Shown here one piece after another: positions 58,921 to 64,000 of a stretch of DNA of 64,000 nucleotides. The stretch is from Naegleria gruberi (taxonomy: Eukaryota): assembly GCA_000004985.1 (NCBI GenBank), contig GG738884.1. The stretch is one strand, 5' to 3'. The notes beneath the pieces were generated by a model. That model was given only the letters and a program-made list of their open reading frames with translations, was not told the DNA's origin and searched no databases. The position numbers and the translations under genes were made by a program. Positions within the stretch are counted from its first letter, which is position 1; the number at the start of each line of letters is the position of its first letter.

Positions 58921-59286
58921 CTTAGTTTTTGATTTTAATATTGTTTTGTTTTTTTCTTGTTGTAAATTAATTGATCACACTGAGAATGAGGCGAATATTT
59001 ATAGCTTAGTTGATCACAAGAGAGATTGGTTCTTGTATGGAACAGCTTTTAAACTCATCTCTTGGTGTGATTCACATGGCGAAAAAAGCCTTTGAGATCA
59101 ACTCTCTTACTTGTGATGGAGATAAACTTTGGATAATTTTTTTGAATAAGCCGAGAGCTAGTTATTAATGGCGGGAAAGGAATTGAAGTTCATACTCAAC
59201 ATTGATCCACTTGGAGTTTGAATGAAATTTTGAATTTGAATGTTTGCCGCCAAAATTTAAACCATGTTATCCAAGCTATAAATAAA

Positions 59287-60345
59287 ATGATAAAACAAAA
59301 TATCATCACACAATCAGCGTTTCATCTTTTGAAACAGCACAACAAATATCATTATTTTAATAATTTATTATTCGGAATGAGTCAGCAGGCGAACAACAAA
59401 TTTTATAGTGTAAAATCGGAACAAGTTTATACAACAAATAGGATCAAGAGATTTGAAAGGACTCTGACGGAACCGAATCAATTTTCTGTTTACTCACAGA
59501 ATTTGTTGGCCGGGTATTGGACCGATTTGGATAGATATTATTTTGTGGAGGAACCTAAGGAGGAACATTATGAATGGAGTGGGAGAGTAAAGAAACTTTT
59601 GAGAGATTTCACCATTCATCAACCTGACATTTTATGTCTGCAAGAAGTAGAATTGGCTTGTTTTGAAAAGGACGTTTTGGAACCTTTGCAGAAAGTAGAC
59701 GAAAGTTATAGAGGTGTAGCACAGAAAAAACTTGGAGATTTCCCAGTCGGAGTTGGGTGTATCTTTAAAGAAAGCGTTTTTGAATTGGTAGAAGTTTTTG
59801 AAAGAAGTTCTGTAATTATTTTGGTATTGAAATTTAAAGCAAATGATACACTGATATATGTGTCATCTTGCCATTTGATGGGAGATCCACGAAAACCTCA
59901 AACACGTATCAACCAACTCAAATCTTATTTCAAACATCTCAAAAATTATCAGAAGGGAAAGGATCATCCTGTAATTGTAGCTGGGGACTTTAACACAGAA
60001 CCAAACTCTGCTACGTATGATTATGTAGTGAATGGATTCCTCAAAGGTAAATCTGAGGAGAATGATGTTATCGCAACTGATACTGATATCAAGCACACAT
60101 TCAAATTAAAAAGTGCATATAAGGAAATTAATGGCAAGGAACCTGAAATGACATTGAGAACAATTAACAGCTCACTAACCTGTGATTATCTTTTCTACAC
60201 TAATGAATCTCTAAAGCTCAATAATGTAATGTCTCTTTACGAAAATGGAGATAAGACACACATGGAACGTTTAGGCTTGCCAAACTCAAAATATGGATCA
60301 GACCACTTGGGATTACAAGCACATTTTACGATTACAAAGCAATAA
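59287..60345 (+). CDS. Endonuclease/exonuclease/phosphatase (EEP)-family protein of the CCR4/nocturnin/PDE12 type
   Basis: EEP motifs are present: DILCLQEVE, VIVAGDFNTEPNSATYDYV, and C-terminal SDHLGLQAHF (the catalytic His). The ORF-track start at 59218 is TTG; the first in-frame ATG is at 59287. Confidence 0.7.
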   Translation: MIKQNIITQSAFHLLKQHNKYHYFNNLLFGMSQQANNKFYSVKSEQVYTTNRIKRFERTLTEPNQFSVYSQNLLAGYWTDLDRYYFVEEPKEEHYEWSGRVKKLLRDFTIHQPDILCLQEVELACFEKDVLEPLQKVDESYRGVAQKKLGDFPVGVGCIFKESVFELVEVFERSSVIILVLKFKANDTLIYVSSCHLMGDPRKPQTRINQLKSYFKHLKNYQKGKDHPVIVAGDFNTEPNSATYDYVVNGFLKGKSEENDVIATDTDIKHTFKLKSAYKEINGKEPEMTLRTINSSLTCDYLFYTNESLKLNNVMSLYENGDKTHMERLGLPNSKYGSDHLGLQAHFTITKQ

Positions 60346-60589
60346 TAAATTGTAATTTGAGGAAAATTGGCAACAAATGAATGAAACCTCCTAAAATCTG
60401 TAACACAGTGTAGTTGAGTAACAACCTTTGTGAAGTAGAAGTTCACATTAGTGTTCGCCAAGTTTCGGTTAACACTCCAAACAAACATCAATCGGAGAGT
60501 GCAAGCAAAGATGATATGATTGGTTCAATAGTAAACTACCTCCCAAAAAGTACACAAAAACAATTTAAATCCCATTGATTCACACCAAC

Positions 60590-63500
60590 ATGATCCGAAC
60601 TCAAAAAAAAACACAAAAGATGACAGGCCAGCAGGTCTGTATTGGAAGAAGTCTTTCCTCTGAAGGCTACTTGATGTTGTTGACATTGATGGTAGCTATA
60701 GTTTGTCTCTCTCAAATCTCTTCAGTTTCTGGAATTACATTCTACGCCAGTATCGATTGTGGTCCTCATGGAAATTGTAGTGGCTACGCATGCCAATGTG
60801 AAAGTGGTTATATTGGCCCTCATTGTGAATATCAATGTAATGATACGGAATGTAATGGTCATGGAAAGTGCAACCCATCTTATAGTGGTTCATATGGTAG
60901 TAGTTTTTGTAAGTTTCACACATGTGCTTTTTTACAATAATATAATTACATGCGTAATTTGTTCTTTTTTTACAATAATATGATTACATATATGTAATTT
61001 GTTCATGATACAGGTAATTGTGATAAGGGTTATGGTGGCGTGAATTGTTCACAAAAGTTCGATTGTTCTTCATTGAATAATTGCTCAGCTCATGGTTATT
61101 GTTCCTACGACAATTATTGTACATGTGACTATGAGTGGACTGCTGCCAATTGTTCCCTTCCAATCACTTGTAATAAGGTCAATAATTGCTCAGGTCATGG
61201 TTATTGTTCTGGTTATCAAGCTTGTAGTTGCTCTCAAGGATGGACTGGTGCTGATTGTAATTCCGTTTACAATTGTTCACTTCTTAATAATTGCAATGGA
61301 AGAGGTATTTGTTCTGCTGATAATTATTGCTATTGTAATTCCCAAAGTGGTTATTATGGTGTCGATTGTACTACACCATACAATTGTTCAGCTTTGAATA
61401 ATTGTTCAAGTCATGGTGTCTGTACAAATAACGACTATTGTACTTGTAGTGCTGGTTATTATGGAACTAATTGTTCATTGAAATATGAGTGTGTATCCAA
61501 TGATGAATGTGGATTTCCAAATGGTAATTGTATGATGGGCTCTTGTTCTTGTGTTTTTGGTTGGGGAGGTGAAAAATGTCAAAAGATGATTTGTCCAAAC
61601 AATTGTAATAATCATGGCAATTGTTCTTCACCTGGTTCCTGTACTTGTGATAATGGATGGCTTGGTTCTGAATGTTCTTACTCATGTTCTGGTATTGGAG
61701 GTTGTGGTATTAATGGATATTGTGCCAATAATAATTCCTGCGTTTGTTATCCAGGTTGGCAAGGTGTCAATTGTAATATTGCAAAATCTCCAAATTGTAC
61801 TGCTTTTAATAATTGTTCAGGAAATGGTGATTGCATAAGTAGTTATGGAGGAGATGATTACTGCTCATGCTACCAAACTTATTATGGAGACAAGTGTGAT
61901 CTCAAGTACAATTGTAGCTCTTTAAATAATTGCTCAGGTCATGGTGTCTGTACAAATATCAACTATTGTACATGTGAAGCTGGTTTTGGTGGAAAGGACT
62001 GTTCTTCAAAGCCAAACTGTACTTCTTTGAATAACTGCAGTGGTCATGGCGTGTGTACTTATGATGACTATTGTATTTGTAATCTTAATTATGGAAATGC
62101 TGATTGCTCAGTTTACAATCCTCCAATTTGTCCAAATAATTGCTCTGGTAATGGTACATGCAATCAATATAGCTCTTGTGATTGTAAGGAAGGATATTGG
62201 GGATATGATTGCACAATTACTTGTCCAAAAACAAAGAATTGTAACAGTCATGGTTTTTGTTATGCTCAAGACCAATGCTCTTGTAATGTTGGTTGGATGG
62301 GAGAAGATTGCTCAGTTCCAGAACCAAATTGCAATGCTGTTAAGAATTGTTCCTATCATGGTGTTTGTATAGAAAACAATGTTTGTGCATGCTATACTGG
62401 TTATGATGGTTTAACTTGTGCTGACTATTCATGTAGAAACGTTTCAAATTGTAATGGGCATGGCTCATGCGTTGGGGTTGATACTTGCCAGTGTAAGAGT
62501 GGTTGGAGAGGAAACTCAGATTGTTCTGCCTTCTCTTGTGAAGCTGTTAATAATTGTACTGGATTGGGAAGCTGCATTGGTCAAAATCAATGTTCAGGAA
62601 ATCCATCAATCAAGTGTTATGGAGTTGTTTCAACCAGTGGTTCTGTATGTAGTGGTAAGGGTACTTGTGTTGGAACTGATAGTTGTCAATGTGTTAGTGG
62701 AGCTTTTGGATCTAATTGTAATTCATTTGCTAGAATTCCATCTAGCCAATTGGTTATTAACTCTGTCAATTTCGAGTCTGTCATTTCAATTCCAGTAACT
62801 TTGACTGGTCCAAGTACCTACACATTCAAATGGAAACAAGTTGGTGGATCTCCTTCATTGCAACTCTCTACAATTGCTGTGGGAGGTATTGTCAATGGAC
62901 CTGGTTTGTACATTAACGCAAATTCTGAAACATTCAACAATGGAATGGTTGCTGGTGAAACTTACACCTTCCAAGTTAATATTACTAGAGCTGATGGATA
63001 CTCTACCGTTTTGGAATCAAGCGTTCAAGTTGGTTTGAGTCCAGTGTTGAAAGCCACAATAGTCAATCCATCTGATAACTCACAAACTGGTGTTGCTGTT
63101 ACTACCAAATTTACTGCTACTATTCAAGAATCCTATGATCCAAATGATTCTGAAGCTACATTAATGTACGGATATGGTTTCTACACTGAAAGTGGTTTGA
63201 AGGTTGTCTCTGTTTATTCTTCATCCAAGCAAACTAATTTAACGCTCCCATATCAAACTGGTGGCTCCGTTACTGCCTTTGTATACGTCATCAATGCACA
63301 AACTGGTAATCAAAAGGAACTCAAGTTCTCAATGAATGTTTCAAATCCAACAAGTGGAAAGTCAGCCTCAGAAGTCAATTCATTTGTTCAAAATCTTGTT
63401 ACTTCAGATGCTTCGGTTTCTCAATTGTCCATAGCTGTTCAATTGTTGACCACCTCACCATCCAGTGATCCAACTGTTGTTCAACAACGTACCGATATCA

Positions 63501-64000
63501 AGCAACAAGTTATTACAACTCTCGTTTCTAAACCAGTAACAACTAGTGCTGAAAGAGACACTTTGTTGACAGTTCTTGTTTCAACTACTCAATCAGCCAA
63601 CGAAGTATCAACTACATCAGTTACAAAGACTTTGGATTTCTTAGTTTCCCAACCATCATTGGCTCAAAACTTCAATCCATCCCAACTTGGTCAACTTGCC
63701 TCTCAAATTTTGTCAACAGCTGTTTTTAATTCGACCAGTATCTCAACTTCCACCACAAGTAAACAAGTTAGAACCATCATCGATGCTGCCATGACTGCCA
63801 CAGCCTCAAACTTGGCTGCTGGACAAAGTGCTGTCAAGACATTTGGTAACATTGTTGCTGTCGTTTCAAGTAATACTCTTGATAATTTACAACCAACAAT
63901 CCCAACTAATTCAATTAGCTCAGTGGGTATTAAATCAATTTCTCTCCCAACTGCTAGTTTACAAAGTTTATTCACCAACTCTGGTCTTCCATCAAGCACT
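60590..64000 (+). CDS. Giant secreted/membrane protein with 25+ tandem EGF-like (tenascin-type) repeats followed by a Ser/Thr-rich REJ-like region. Partial: it runs off the 3' edge. Exons 60590..60908 and 61014..>64000.
   Basis: Signal-peptide-like MLLTLMVAIVCLSQISSVSG. Exon 1 has EGF-like Cys patterns. The intron is GTAAGT (60909) ... atacag (61013), phase 1. Exon 2 is an uninterrupted frame of repeats NCSxHGxCxxxxxCxCxxGWxGxDC (about 61014-62700), then a ~430-aa Ser/Thr-rich beta-rich region with no stop to 64000. The ORF track does not show this frame because it lacks an in-window stop. Confidence 0.65.
60927..61005. repeat. Imperfect ~38-bp tandem duplication inside the intron of the EGF-repeat gene
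   Basis: The sequence ttttttacaataatataattacatgcgtaatttgttc is followed immediately by tttttttacaataatatgattacatatatgtaatttgttc. Confidence 0.5.

Noticed and set aside
61092-62798. Plus-strand ORFs at 61092..61397, 61614..61838, 62040..62372 and 62418..62798 with Val/Ile-rich products
   Set aside because: They are out-of-frame readings of the EGF-repeat exon. The real frame is the Cys-rich one without an in-window stop.
1-64000. Search for prokaryotic-type features: CRISPR arrays, operons, defence islands, IS elements, rRNA
   Set aside because: The sequence is clearly eukaryotic, with spliceosomal introns and eukaryote-specific genes such as XPB, copine, LC8 and COX17. I found no direct-repeat arrays, transposase or RT ORFs, or rRNA-like stretches.

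Overview
This window is eukaryotic nuclear DNA, not prokaryotic. It is about 65% AT and gene-dense, with roughly 36 protein-coding genes in 64 kb. Many genes are split by short spliceosomal introns of 40-150 nt with GTAAGT, GTATGT, GTAGGT or GTACGT donors and YAG acceptors. All splice junctions reported below were checked by hand for reading-frame continuity. I found no rRNA, CRISPR array or transposon, and one tRNA, tRNA-Ile(AAT). The gene content is housekeeping plus signalling: valyl-tRNA synthetase, XPB/ERCC3, a HELLS/DDM1-type SNF2 ATPase, a KDM4-type JmjC demethylase, MECR, COX17, LC8 dynein light chain, an ERG4/ERG24 sterol reductase, copine, a C2-RhoGAP, an RWP-RK factor and a tandem pair of BLUF-adenylyl-cyclase genes (photoactivated adenylyl cyclases). 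Composition, intron style and the BLUF-cyclases point to a heterolobosean amoeboflagellate of Naegleria type; this is an inference. The ORF track prints M for non-ATG first codons (TTG, GTG), so I re-derived several starts. The most interesting loci are: the BLUF-cyclase tandem, where one copy is intron-containing and one intronless; a giant Venus-flytrap/Kelch/Cys-rich membrane receptor whose last intron donor overlaps an in-frame stop; a calpain homolog lacking the catalytic Cys; and a partial EGF-repeat/REJ-like giant protein at the 3' edge. I did not find a prokaryotic-style novel defence system and do not claim one.
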